Below, in pieces: positions 9,900-19,074 of a DNA stretch of 64,000 bases. The notes under the pieces are model-generated. The model ran no database searches. It saw nothing but the letters and a program-made list of their open reading frames with translations, and was not told the origin of the DNA. The position numbers were made by a program, and so were the translations under genes. The stretch's first letter is position 1. Each line of letters opens with the position of its first letter. Source of the stretch: an uncultured delta proteobacterium (GTDB lineage: Bacteria > Myxococcota_A > Polyangia > Polyangiales > Polyangiaceae). The DNA lies in assembly GCA_963716725.1 (NCBI GenBank), contig CAVQUB010000011.1, positions 465,271-529,270 of the forward strand, given 5' to 3'.

Positions 9900-10448
9900 A
9901 TGATGCGTCGAGCTTTGGGCACAATCGCGGCAGTTCTGGTGGCGCTTCCCCTCGCGGCGGAATCCAAGCCAGTCCAGCAGGCACGACCCGCACCCACCGC
10001 CCAGGTGGCCCAACCGACTCGCCCTGCGGCGGCAGTGAAGCCCCGCGTCGCCGTCGGCCGCTCCGTCGAGGTGAGCTGGGGTGGGCAATGGTGGGCAGCC
10101 GAAGTCCTCGAGTCCCGCTCGGGCATCCGCCGAATCCACTACACGGGCTGGGGCGCCGAGTGGGACGAGTGGGTGGGCCCGGATCGAGTCCGCGCCGCCA
10201 CGGCCGCGGCCCCGGTGGTTCCGCTGAAGGCCGCCCGCGTCGGGCAGCGTATCGACGTGGAGTGGCACGGCAGCTGGTGGCCCGCCGAAGTCGTGTCGAT
10301 GAAGAACGGCTTCTACAAGATCCACTACGCCGGTTGGGACACCGAGTGGGACGAGTGGGTGGAGCTCCCGCGCATGCGCGCCCCAGCGTCGACACCCGGG
10401 CGAGCCCCAGGAAAAACCCAGCAGATCGTGGGTGGCGCGACGTTCTGA
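9900..10448 (+). CDS. Secreted protein with two tandem Tudor-knot/Agenet (chromo-barrel-like) domains
   Basis: Signal peptide; two copies of V-x-V-x-W-x-G-x-WW-x-AEV...IHY-x-GW-x3-WDEWV. Confidence 0.8.
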   Translation: MMRRALGTIAAVLVALPLAAESKPVQQARPAPTAQVAQPTRPAAAVKPRVAVGRSVEVSWGGQWWAAEVLESRSGIRRIHYTGWGAEWDEWVGPDRVRAATAAAPVVPLKAARVGQRIDVEWHGSWWPAEVVSMKNGFYKIHYAGWDTEWDEWVELPRMRAPASTPGRAPGKTQQIVGGATF

Positions 10449-10449
10449 G

Positions 10450-11235
10450 TCACTGGTCGATGACTTTGAGTCCCTTGTCTCTCAGCGGCTGGATCACGCT
10501 GAGATCGCTCGGAGGCGTGCCAGCAACATAGAGAAACTTCAGGGTCTTGATGTCCTTGAGGGGACTGTAGTCCTTCACGAGGGTGCGCTGGATGCTGAGC
10601 CGTTCGAGCTTCTTGTGACCTTCGAGCGCACGCAGGTCCCGCACTTGGGTGTCGTCCAGCGCAAGCTCGGTGAGGTTCTTGAGCCCCTTGAGCGGCATGA
10701 TGTCCGTGACCTGGGTCCGCCCCAGATCGATGCGGTCGAGCTTCACGAGCTTCTCGAGCGGTGTCAGGTCGTTCACCTTGCTGATGCTCGCGCGCAGCGA
10801 CTCGAGCTGCGTCATGCCGGAGAGCAGCGAGAGGTCGTCGAGATCTCCCGGCCCGAGGAACAGCTCTTTGAGGTTCTTCGCGTGGGGAATGATGCACGGA
10901 TCGAGCTGGTGCATCTCGACCTGCGAGAGGTTCAGGCTCTTGAGCTTGCCAAGATCGGCGATGGTGATGGTGCCGTCGGCCTTGGCGAGCTTCTTGCGCA
11001 CCTCCGCCTCGACGGCCTTGTCGTCGAAGACGACCGCAGGGCCCTTGGGGCAGTCGGCGGCGCTCTTCTTGGGGCGCGGTTTCTTGGCTTCTTTCGGCGG
11101 CGCGGCGCTGGGCGCGGGCGGCGGCGTGGGCTTGGCGGCCGTCGCGGACGCGGTCGATGCCGTCGGTTTCTGCTCTTCTTCGCAGGCCGAGAGCACGACG
11201 AGAGCGGTCAATACCAGGCAGAATCGCTTCGACAT
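10450..11235 (-). CDS. Leucine-rich repeat (internalin-like) lipoprotein
   Basis: Lipobox LSAC; 22-aa repeats LxxLxxLxLxxxxVxDLxPL. Confidence 0.85.
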   Translation of the reverse strand: MSKRFCLVLTALVVLSACEEEQKPTASTASATAAKPTPPPAPSAAPPKEAKKPRPKKSAADCPKGPAVVFDDKAVEAEVRKKLAKADGTITIADLGKLKSLNLSQVEMHQLDPCIIPHAKNLKELFLGPGDLDDLSLLSGMTQLESLRASISKVNDLTPLEKLVKLDRIDLGRTQVTDIMPLKGLKNLTELALDDTQVRDLRALEGHKKLERLSIQRTLVKDYSPLKDIKTLKFLYVAGTPPSDLSVIQPLRDKGLKVIDQ

Positions 11236-11273
11236 CGGGGGCAGGCTACTCCAAAATCGCGCGGCCTGGCAGG

Positions 11274-12992
11274 TCACCGATACGCGCCCCGCCGGCACAG
11301 CGCTTCGGTGAGCTCGATCAGTTGATCCATCGCCCCCAACACGTCGCGCGCGTCCACCGGCAAGTCGAGCATGCAAAGGCTGACCTGGTCGGGTTCGACG
11401 GACAGCTGGAGGTTCTTGGCCGCCCACGCCTTGGTGAGCGTGAGGGCCTCCTTGGGCATGGCTTTGATGGCGCGCTCGGGGATGGGTGTGAGCGTGTGCA
11501 CGCAGACCTTCACCGCTACCGCTACGGCGCCTGGTCCCCAGAGCTGCGAGACCTCCACCCGACGTCCGTCAACCTCACCAATGACCGAAGGCCGTGCCAA
11601 GAGCAGCTGGCCGTTGACTCTCTCCGCGATGGCTCGCCACACGCTGAGGTCGACGCCGGCCGGCGCCGGCAGCGACCGTGCCAGATCGGGAATGCGTCGC
11701 GCGATGGCCAGTGCGGCCTCTGCGAGCCCCAGCAGGGGCTCCGCGGTGAGACCGGCGGCAGCGCGCTGCAGGAGCAGCTCTTCATCGCTGATACGCCGAA
11801 CCTCGAGCGACTGGACCCAGTGCTCGAGAAACCCGACGGCGGCGCGCACCTGAGCCTCGTCGCGCCCGCTGACCCGCGAGCTCTCTCCCAGAGGCACCCC
11901 GTCGTCGCGCCAGAGTCGGGAGAGCCCACCCACCGGCTGGCTCGTCAGCTCGAGTCCCAGACTCGGGTAGCGCACGGCAGCGGCGAGCACCGGTTGCCCC
12001 GCGGAGTTCTCGCGCCAAACGGTCACGTCCGCCGCGCCGACCTTCGCAGTGAGTCGATCGTCCTCGAAGGTCATGCCGGCGCGCTCGGCGACCTCGCCCC
12101 AGAGCAGGCGAACCCTCGGGTTGCCCACGGTCGGCGGCGCGCGCTTCGAGCGAGCCGAGGCGGCAGCGCCCGGCAAGATGTCGATGGGCATCGACATCAC
12201 CACATCCGCTCCAAGCCGCCGGGTGACGGTCGCCTCGAGCCCCCACGAGATCCGGAAGGCTTCGTTGGAATAGGTCGGGGGCACGTCCGGGATCCGGAAG
12301 TCGAAGGTGATCGGCTCTCCCTCGCGGACGCGGGACATTGGAAGGTCGATCTGCCAGCTGCCGATCTCTCCGTGCCCCCGCGGAGCAAAGGAGGACTCGT
12401 ACCCAGCGAGCCGAACCCGAATGCCCGTGTAGCGGGCCGACGCGACGTTGCTCAGCGCCACCGCTCCACTCAAGATCTCGCCCGGTCGCAGCTGGGTGCT
12501 ATTGATGCTCACCTCGACGTGGGGCTCGCGTTCGCGGGGCCCCTCGGGCGCGCTGGAGTAGAGCAGCGGACGCGCTTCGGCCGGCACACTTCGGGGATTG
12601 GGCACGACCGAGAGCTCGAACTCGCGGTCCAGATCGGGCCACCACGGGATCGCGAGCTCGGCCGCTAGCGTGTAAGACACCCGCACGACGCGACCAACGA
12701 AGCTGGGGGGCGCATCGCCTGGGATCGAGAACCGGACGGGGAAGCGCAGCCGCCCTGCGGCGAGCTCGCGAGGGCCCGAGAGACGCGCAGTCTGGCCGAT
12801 CCGCGAGCCGACCTCGGTCCAGTCCCGGTAGTTCACCGCGGCTCGGGTGCGCCCAAGCAGCTTGACGTCGAAGTGCTCGATCTCGAGCGGACGTCGCAGA
12901 TCGAGGACGAATTCCGCCTCGAACTTCTGACCCGCCGGTAGCTGTCGCGGCACGATCACCGCCAGCGTGGGGCGGCGTTTCCAGATCGCCAT
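11274..12992 (-). CDS. Arrestin-like/SpoOM-type beta-sandwich protein
   Basis: Two copies of the motif F-x-IP-x(1-3)-PP(S/T)(F/Y)...(V/I)S(Y/W)xL: FSIPGDAPPSF..VSYTL and FRIPDVPPTY..ISWGL. Confidence 0.55.
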   Translation of the reverse strand: MAIWKRRPTLAVIVPRQLPAGQKFEAEFVLDLRRPLEIEHFDVKLLGRTRAAVNYRDWTEVGSRIGQTARLSGPRELAAGRLRFPVRFSIPGDAPPSFVGRVVRVSYTLAAELAIPWWPDLDREFELSVVPNPRSVPAEARPLLYSSAPEGPREREPHVEVSINSTQLRPGEILSGAVALSNVASARYTGIRVRLAGYESSFAPRGHGEIGSWQIDLPMSRVREGEPITFDFRIPDVPPTYSNEAFRISWGLEATVTRRLGADVVMSMPIDILPGAAASARSKRAPPTVGNPRVRLLWGEVAERAGMTFEDDRLTAKVGAADVTVWRENSAGQPVLAAAVRYPSLGLELTSQPVGGLSRLWRDDGVPLGESSRVSGRDEAQVRAAVGFLEHWVQSLEVRRISDEELLLQRAAAGLTAEPLLGLAEAALAIARRIPDLARSLPAPAGVDLSVWRAIAERVNGQLLLARPSVIGEVDGRRVEVSQLWGPGAVAVAVKVCVHTLTPIPERAIKAMPKEALTLTKAWAAKNLQLSVEPDQVSLCMLDLPVDARDVLGAMDQLIELTEALCRRGAYR

Positions 12993-12999
12993 CGCGGGC

Positions 13000-14398
13000 T
13001 CACTTTGCCAGCGCCGCCAGGCACTCGTAGGCGGCGTATTTGTAGCTCTCGGCCAGGGTTGGGTAGTTGAACACCATCTCGATGAAGAGGTCGACCGACG
13101 CCTCGCAGTGCAGCGCGGTCTGACCGATGTGCACCAGCTCGGTGGCGCGCTCGCCGATCACGTGCACGCCGACGATCCGGCGGGTGCCGCGCTCGACGAC
13201 CAGCTTGGTGATGCCCTCGACGTCACCGGTGATCTGCCCCCGCGCGTTGTTGCGGTAGAGCGCCCGGCCCACGACCACGTCCATGCCCTTGACCCGCGCG
13301 GTCTCCACGGTCTCGCCGACCGCGCTGACCTCGGGGATGGTGTAGATGCCGTAGGGCACGATCTCGGCGACCGCCTGCTTGTACTCGAAGCCAAACGCCT
13401 TGCAGATCGCGACGCGGCCCTGCTCCATGCTGGCCGACGCCAGGGCCGGAAATCCGATCACGTCGCCGGCCGCGAGAACGCTCGGTACCGTGGTGCGGTA
13501 CGCGGCGTCCACCTGCAGGTAGCCGCGGGCGTTCGGCGTCACCCCGATGCGATCCAGCTTCAGCGTGTCGGTGTTGCCGATGCGCCCCGCCGCGAAGAGC
13601 AGGTACTCGGTCTCGAGCCGCTCGTCGCCGAGCTCGGTGACGATCACCTTGCCCTCGCGGGCCACGCGGTTCCAGCGCTTGCCGAGCACGATCCGGATGC
13701 CGAGCTTGGTCATGGCGTCGCGCAAGCGCTCGACGATCTCGCTGTCCAGAAACGGCAAGATGTCCGGGCGCGCATCCACCAACGTCACCTGCACGCCGAG
13801 CGCTGCGAACATGCAGGCGTACTCGCAGCCGATCACGCCGCCGCCCAGGATGGTCAGCGAGCTCGGCAGCTTCGAGATGCCTGAGGATCTCGTCGCTGTC
13901 GTCGATGCCAGGGTCGGCAAAGTCGATGTCCATCGGTCGGTGCGGGCGCGATCCGGTGGCGATGAGCACGAAGTCGCCGTGCAGCCGCCGCTGCCCTTCG
14001 GGGCCTTGCACCAGGACGGTGTGCGCGTCCTCGAAGCTGCCGTGGCCGCGCACGTAGGTCACCGAGTGGCGCGCGAGGTTCTCGCGGATGGTGCGCGACG
14101 CCAGCTCGGCGATGGCGTTCTTCCGGGCGATCAGCGCCGGCACCGTAGCGGCCGCGTCCAGCTCCACCGCCACGCCGTACAGGTTGCGAGCGCGGTAGCC
14201 CGACACGTACAGCGCCGTCTCGCGCAGGGTCTTGCTTGGCAGAGTGCCGGTGTGGACGGCGGCGCCCCCGGGCTCGGGCTCGGCCTCCACCACAGCCACG
14301 CGCTTTCCGAAGTAAGCGGCCTGCGCCGCGCCCTTCTCACCGGCGGGCCCGGAGCCGATGACGACGAGATCGAAGTGTTCGGTGCTTTCGCTCCCCAT
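13000..14398 (-). CDS. sthA: Soluble pyridine nucleotide transhydrogenase, one frameshift near 13880
   Basis: VIGSGPAGEKGA, GGAAVHTGTLPSKTLRE, then ILGGGVIGCEYA and FNYPTLAESYKYAA in a second frame; one extra base at gag.atc.ctc.agg.c.atc.tcg. Confidence 0.88.
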
Positions 14399-14423
14399 GC
14401 CGCCATCGTAGACCGACTCGCAG

Positions 14424-15245
14424 ATGTCCGCCGAGCCCGTGATCGACGCCTGGATCCAGCACCCGAACCCCGGCTTTCTGGCCCATCCCCTGTTTGCCTC
14501 GCTCCGCCGCTGGCTGGGAGCCAGCGAAGTCCCCGACGCCTTCCCCCTCGAGCTCACGGTCGCGGCCCTCGAGAGCGCCAACGTGAAGCACGCGCTCTTG
14601 TCGGCATGGCACGGCCCCAGCGGCGCGATGATCTCCAACGACGAGGTGGCGAGCGCCGTGCGTGCGCGCCCCGATCTGTTCAGCGGCGTGGCGTCGGTCG
14701 ACTTGGCGCGACCCATGGACGCAGTGCGCGAGCTGCGGCGCGCGGTGAAGCAGCTCGGCATGAAGGCCCTGCGGATCTTGCCGTGGCTCTGGAACCTGCC
14801 ACCGAACGATCGTCGCTATTACCCGCTCTACGCCGAGTGCGTCGAGCTCGGCATCCCCTTCTGTCTCCAGGTCGGGCACACCGGACCGCTCGCGCCCTCC
14901 GATCCGGGTCGGCCCATACCGTATCTGGACGAGGTCGCCCTCGATTTTCCCGAGCTGGTGATCGTGGGCGGTCACATCGGATACCCGTGGCAGAGCGAGA
15001 TGATCGCGCTCGCGACCAAATACGAGAACGTCTACATCGACACCAGCGCGTACAAGCCCAAGCGCTTCCCGCCGGAGCTGGTGAGCTTCCTCCGGGGTCA
15101 CGGCCGCTCGAAGGTGCTCTTCGGCTCCAACTACCCGATGCTCTTGCCGGGCGACTGCCTGGCGCAGATCGACGAGCTCGGGCTGGACGCAGCAGCGCGC
15201 GGCGCGTTTCTTCACGACAACGCGGCGCGCGTCTTTCGCCTTTGA
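14424..15245 (+). CDS. Amidohydrolase family protein (Amidohydro_2)
   Basis: IDAWIQH, PLYAECVELGIP, GGHIGYPW, VYIDTS, KVLFGSNYP. Confidence 0.88.
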   Translation: MSAEPVIDAWIQHPNPGFLAHPLFASLRRWLGASEVPDAFPLELTVAALESANVKHALLSAWHGPSGAMISNDEVASAVRARPDLFSGVASVDLARPMDAVRELRRAVKQLGMKALRILPWLWNLPPNDRRYYPLYAECVELGIPFCLQVGHTGPLAPSDPGRPIPYLDEVALDFPELVIVGGHIGYPWQSEMIALATKYENVYIDTSAYKPKRFPPELVSFLRGHGRSKVLFGSNYPMLLPGDCLAQIDELGLDAAARGAFLHDNAARVFRL

Positions 15246-15278
15246 CGCGCCGGCCTCCTGCCGTAGGTTCCGCGCCCC

Positions 15279-16712
15279 ATGATGCGCTCACTCCCGGTCT
15301 TGCTCGCCCTCGCTCTCTTTTCGACCGCCTGCGGCAGTGACGACTCCGGCGGCGGCGGGGGTGGGAGCGGCGGCGCAGGCGCCACCGGCGGCGCAGGCGG
15401 GAGCGGCGGCGGCAGCACGGATCCACTCGTGCTCGTGCCCCCGGTCGCGCTTTCCGCGACCGTCGCCGACTGCCCAGCCGCGTTCCAGACCGCGCCGGAC
15501 AGCGGGCAGCACACAGGCTTCGACGTCGCCGGTCAGTCGCGCGGCTTCTACTTGCAGCTCTCGACGGCGGCCGCAGATCAGTTCCCGGGACCGCGTCCGC
15601 TGATGGTGGCGTTCCACGGTACGGGCGAGAGCGGCCAGAAGATCTTCAGTCGCGCCAAGCTCCAGAGCTTCGTCGATGCCGGCTTCATCGTGGTTGCGCC
15701 CGACGGCGCAGGCAACGGCACGCTGTGGCCGGTCTGGGACGCGCTGCGCGAGGCCAAGGACGAAGCTCTACCGAACAAGGATCTGGAGTACTTCGACCAG
15801 CTGGTGAAGTGCGTCGCGGCGCACCACCCGGTGGACGAAAGGCGCATCTACGTCTCGGGGCACTCGGCCGGCGGCATCTTCAGCAACCGCGTCCTGCGCG
15901 CGCGCGCGAGCCTGCTCGCTGGCGGCATCCCGGCCTCGGGCGTGTTCGACCTCACCGCGGCCGCTCCTGCGCCGGCGGTCGACGGCCTGGCGGTGCTCGT
16001 CACTTGGGGCGGCGACAACGACGCCTACAGCGGCAGCACCGGCGGTCAGACGGTGCCCAGCGTGAATTTCGTCGAGCAAGCAGCCATCGCCAGCCAGCAC
16101 TACGAAAAGAACGCAGAGCAAGCCTACTGCCATGGCAAAAACCTCGGTCACGCCTGGCTCGACGACGCCAACCCCTGGATGATCGACTACCTGCTCGCCC
16201 ACCCGAAGGGCCTGGCGAAAGGCAGCCCGTGGAAGTACGTCGCGCCGCCCGCCAGCGCTGACTTCGAGTGCGACGAGAGCGCCGCGACCTTCGTGAATCC
16301 GAACGCGGTGACCTGCGCCGCCACGCCCACGGCCAAGTGCCAGAGCTATTGCCAGCTCATCGGCGACTGCGCCGCCGAAAACGCGACGGTCGAACCGGTG
16401 CTCGGTCCCCAGCTGGAGACGCTGGGCTTCAGCGGCGCGAGCCACCTCGAGTGCGGCGGCTGCCTCACGAAGTGCGAGGCGGACGCCAGCGCCGGCGGCG
16501 CGACCGACTCGGGCGTGCTCGACTGCTTCGCGACCGCGGCGTCGAGCGCGGTCTGCGGCGGCGGCATCGACGGCGCGCTGCCCTTCATCGATGCTTCCAA
16601 CGCCTGCTGCAAGGACAAGACCTCGAGCAAGATCTGCACGACGCTGTGCACGGCCATCAACACCAACACCGTGGCCAAGACCCTCTTCGACACCTGCGCC
16701 GCCTGGCCGTGA
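15279..16712 (+). CDS. Lipoprotein alpha/beta-hydrolase (PHB depolymerase/LpqC-like) with Cys-rich C-terminus
   Basis: Lipobox STAC; PLMVAFHGTG, RIYVSGHSAGG (GxSxG), GHAW. Confidence 0.78.
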   Translation: MMRSLPVLLALALFSTACGSDDSGGGGGGSGGAGATGGAGGSGGGSTDPLVLVPPVALSATVADCPAAFQTAPDSGQHTGFDVAGQSRGFYLQLSTAAADQFPGPRPLMVAFHGTGESGQKIFSRAKLQSFVDAGFIVVAPDGAGNGTLWPVWDALREAKDEALPNKDLEYFDQLVKCVAAHHPVDERRIYVSGHSAGGIFSNRVLRARASLLAGGIPASGVFDLTAAAPAPAVDGLAVLVTWGGDNDAYSGSTGGQTVPSVNFVEQAAIASQHYEKNAEQAYCHGKNLGHAWLDDANPWMIDYLLAHPKGLAKGSPWKYVAPPASADFECDESAATFVNPNAVTCAATPTAKCQSYCQLIGDCAAENATVEPVLGPQLETLGFSGASHLECGGCLTKCEADASAGGATDSGVLDCFATAASSAVCGGGIDGALPFIDASNACCKDKTSSKICTTLCTAINTNTVAKTLFDTCAAWP

Positions 16713-17423
16713 TCAGCGGATCAGCACGCTGACCTTGGCCGGGGCGTCCCGCGTCGCCACCAGACCGCGCGCGCGAACGCCGAGCAGCGCGGTCGCGATG
16801 CAGTCCGACGCGCTCTCGCCCGTCTCGTCGGGCGGCGCCACGCCCGCCGACAGCACCTCACCGCTGTCGTTCACGTAGACCGTGGCCGTGAAGGCGCCGG
16901 GCACGCCCTTGCGGCAGGCCCGCGTGGCCACTCGCGCCTGGTAGGTGAAGCCCGACGCCCGCGCCGCGTTGAGCTCGCGCGGCGACTCGGCCGCCTCGAC
17001 CTCGAAGGACGTCTCGGCCAGACCCTCGCCGCTCTTCGGCCGCGGCCAGCGCCGACCCTTGACCAGCTCGAGCACGCACAGCTCCGCTTCGCGATCGCCC
17101 AGGGTGGTGTCGCTGAGGTAGGCCCAGCGCACGTTGCCGCTGCGATCGACCCGCATGCGCACGTTGACCCGTCCGCCGATGGCGCTCAGGCGCTGGCTGG
17201 CCTGCTCGACGCAGCGAATGAACCGGGGGTGCAGCTCGGCCAGGCTTCGTTCGACCCCGTACTGGCTCATGCCGCCGATCTCGGACTCGAGGGACAGCGG
17301 GCCCGTTCCCAGCTGCAGCTCCTCTTCGATGTCTTCGATCACGGGCTTGGCCGCCTCCGGGGATGGGGGTGCGACGGCGGCGCAGCTCGAGGCGAGCAGC
17401 AGGAGGGGCAGCAGGGATCGCAT
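16713..17423 (-). CDS. AgmX/PglI C-terminal (TonB-C-like) domain lipoprotein
   Basis: Lipobox LASSC; RCVEQ...GRVNVRMRVDRSGNV...ELCVLELVKGRRWPRP, followed by a second degenerate copy. Confidence 0.65.
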   Translation of the reverse strand: MRSLLPLLLLASSCAAVAPPSPEAAKPVIEDIEEELQLGTGPLSLESEIGGMSQYGVERSLAELHPRFIRCVEQASQRLSAIGGRVNVRMRVDRSGNVRWAYLSDTTLGDREAELCVLELVKGRRWPRPKSGEGLAETSFEVEAAESPRELNAARASGFTYQARVATRACRKGVPGAFTATVYVNDSGEVLSAGVAPPDETGESASDCIATALLGVRARGLVATRDAPAKVSVLIR

Positions 17424-17550
17424 TCGCTGCACAGACACGCCCCGCTCCCCGCCCTTGCACGAAAGGTGCGGCCTGGACCCCGGGCTGGCCCAGCGGAGGG
17501 CGGGATGCGAGACTGCATTCGGCCGACGTTGTGGGGGAGATGAACGACGA

Positions 17551-18720
17551 ATGCGCACCCTGATCCGACTCGCTCTGGTGTGCGGCGCAGGGGCCCTGGT
17601 GGCCAGCGCCTGTGGAGGCATGGCGGAGCCGAGCGAGGGGGACCCGACCCCAGACTCCGGATCCGACGCCCACGACGCGGGCTCGATTCCGGACGCGAGC
17701 TCGGACAGCGTACCGACCTGCGCGCCGGCGGGCGCCAAATGCGACGGCTACCTCGACTGCTGCTCGCTCACCTGCAGCTTCGGCGTGTGCGGATTCGACG
17801 CGGGCGCATGCACGCCCAACGGCCAGGCTTGCACCGCCTATTCGGAGTGCTGCGCGGGCTTCTGCGCCAACGGCGTCTGCGGCTTCGACGCCGGCTACTG
17901 CAAGAGCGACGGGGCCAAGTGCAGCACGGCTTCGGAGTGCTGCGCGGGAGTCTGCGCCAACGGTGTCTGCGGCTTCGACGCCGGCTCCTGCAAGAACAAT
18001 GGTCAGTCGTGTGACAAGGCTTGGCAGTGCTGCTCGGGCGTCTGCAACTTCGGCATCTGTGGCTACGACGCCGGCTCGTGCCATCAGATCGGCCAGTCGT
18101 GCGGCTCTCCGTGGGACTGCTGCTCGGGCCTCTGCAATGCGGGCGCCTGCAGTCTGGAAGCCGGCGCGTGCCAGGCGAACGGCCAGGCCTGTGGCGCCCC
18201 CTGGGAGTGCTGCTCCTCGAGCTGCGGGGGCGGCGTCTGCGGGTGGTACGACGCGGGCGCCTGCAAGGTCATCGGCGCGCAGTGCTCGAGTCCCGGTGAG
18301 TGCTGCGCAGGAGGCTGCTCCGGCGGGGTCTGCAAGGCGGATCCCGATGCGGGGCTCTGCGCAAAGAACTCTTCGTGGTGCTGGACCGATGGCGATTGCT
18401 GTTCCGGGTTCTGCCTGGGCACCCACTGCCAGGCGGCGGACGGGGGTTTCTGCAAATCGCCGGGCGCACCCTGCAGCAGCGACGCCCAGTGCTGCCACCA
18501 GCAGTGCCTCTCCGGAGAATGCTACGCCAACCCCGAGGCCGGCTGGTGCTACCCGGCCGGCGCACCGTGCTCGGGCTGGAGCCAGTGCTGCTCGGAGAAG
18601 TGCCAGGCGGGCGCGTGTGTGGGCTCGGTGCCGCCCTGCAAGCCCATCGGGGGCCTGTGCTCGGGTTGGAAAGACTGCTGCTCGCAGAGCTGTGATTCCG
18701 GGCTCTGCGTCGCGCAGTGA
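17551..18720 (+). CDS. Cys-rich lipoprotein with 11 tandem C-x6-C-x5-CC-x3-C-x4-C (knottin-like) units
   Basis: Lipobox VASAC; 11 units counted, most joined by (D/E)AG linkers. Confidence 0.85.
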   Translation: MRTLIRLALVCGAGALVASACGGMAEPSEGDPTPDSGSDAHDAGSIPDASSDSVPTCAPAGAKCDGYLDCCSLTCSFGVCGFDAGACTPNGQACTAYSECCAGFCANGVCGFDAGYCKSDGAKCSTASECCAGVCANGVCGFDAGSCKNNGQSCDKAWQCCSGVCNFGICGYDAGSCHQIGQSCGSPWDCCSGLCNAGACSLEAGACQANGQACGAPWECCSSSCGGGVCGWYDAGACKVIGAQCSSPGECCAGGCSGGVCKADPDAGLCAKNSSWCWTDGDCCSGFCLGTHCQAADGGFCKSPGAPCSSDAQCCHQQCLSGECYANPEAGWCYPAGAPCSGWSQCCSEKCQAGACVGSVPPCKPIGGLCSGWKDCCSQSCDSGLCVAQ

Positions 18721-18945
18721 TCCAGTCACGTAGCCTCGAGCTTCTACGGGATCCTGAGCATCGGCGCCGACGAGGTGAAGGCCTACCTCGCGCCGCGGAA
18801 CAACACCTTTCAGAACACCGACGTGTTCGGCTCGAATTTTGGCTGCGCCGACGATTTCAAGCCAGGCCAGTGGCTGACCGACGGCAACACCTGGACTGGC
18901 AACAACTGCGCCGGCACCCCCGGAACCGGGCCCACGTACTTCTGA
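18721..18945 (+). pseudogene. Orphan coding-like segment of 74 codons, possibly the C-terminal remnant of a gene
   Basis: Stop-free, GC3-rich frame SSFYGILSIGADEVKAYLAPRNNTFQNTDVFGSNFGC...GPTYF*; no ATG (only internal GTG codons). Confidence 0.4.
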
Positions 18946-19074
18946 GCGCGACGCCCCGAACCGGCAAAATCCGCCGCTTTTCTTGATCCCCACGTGCAGC
19001 GCGTGTGGAGCTTCGGTGCAGACGCGTTCCAGGCCTTGGCGAACGGGCGAAAACGCGGCACATACCCCTTCGCC

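Noticed and set aside
13860..13900. Programmed frameshift in sthA (also SRPBCC and AAA genes)
   Set aside because: No slippery heptamer seen; similar single-base indels are scattered through the window, consistent with long-read error
17551..18720. RiPP gene cluster built around the Cys-rich repeats
   Set aside because: No adjacent modifying enzyme, peptidase-transporter or RRE protein; the radical SAM gene is over 20 kb away and a lipobox points to a surface protein
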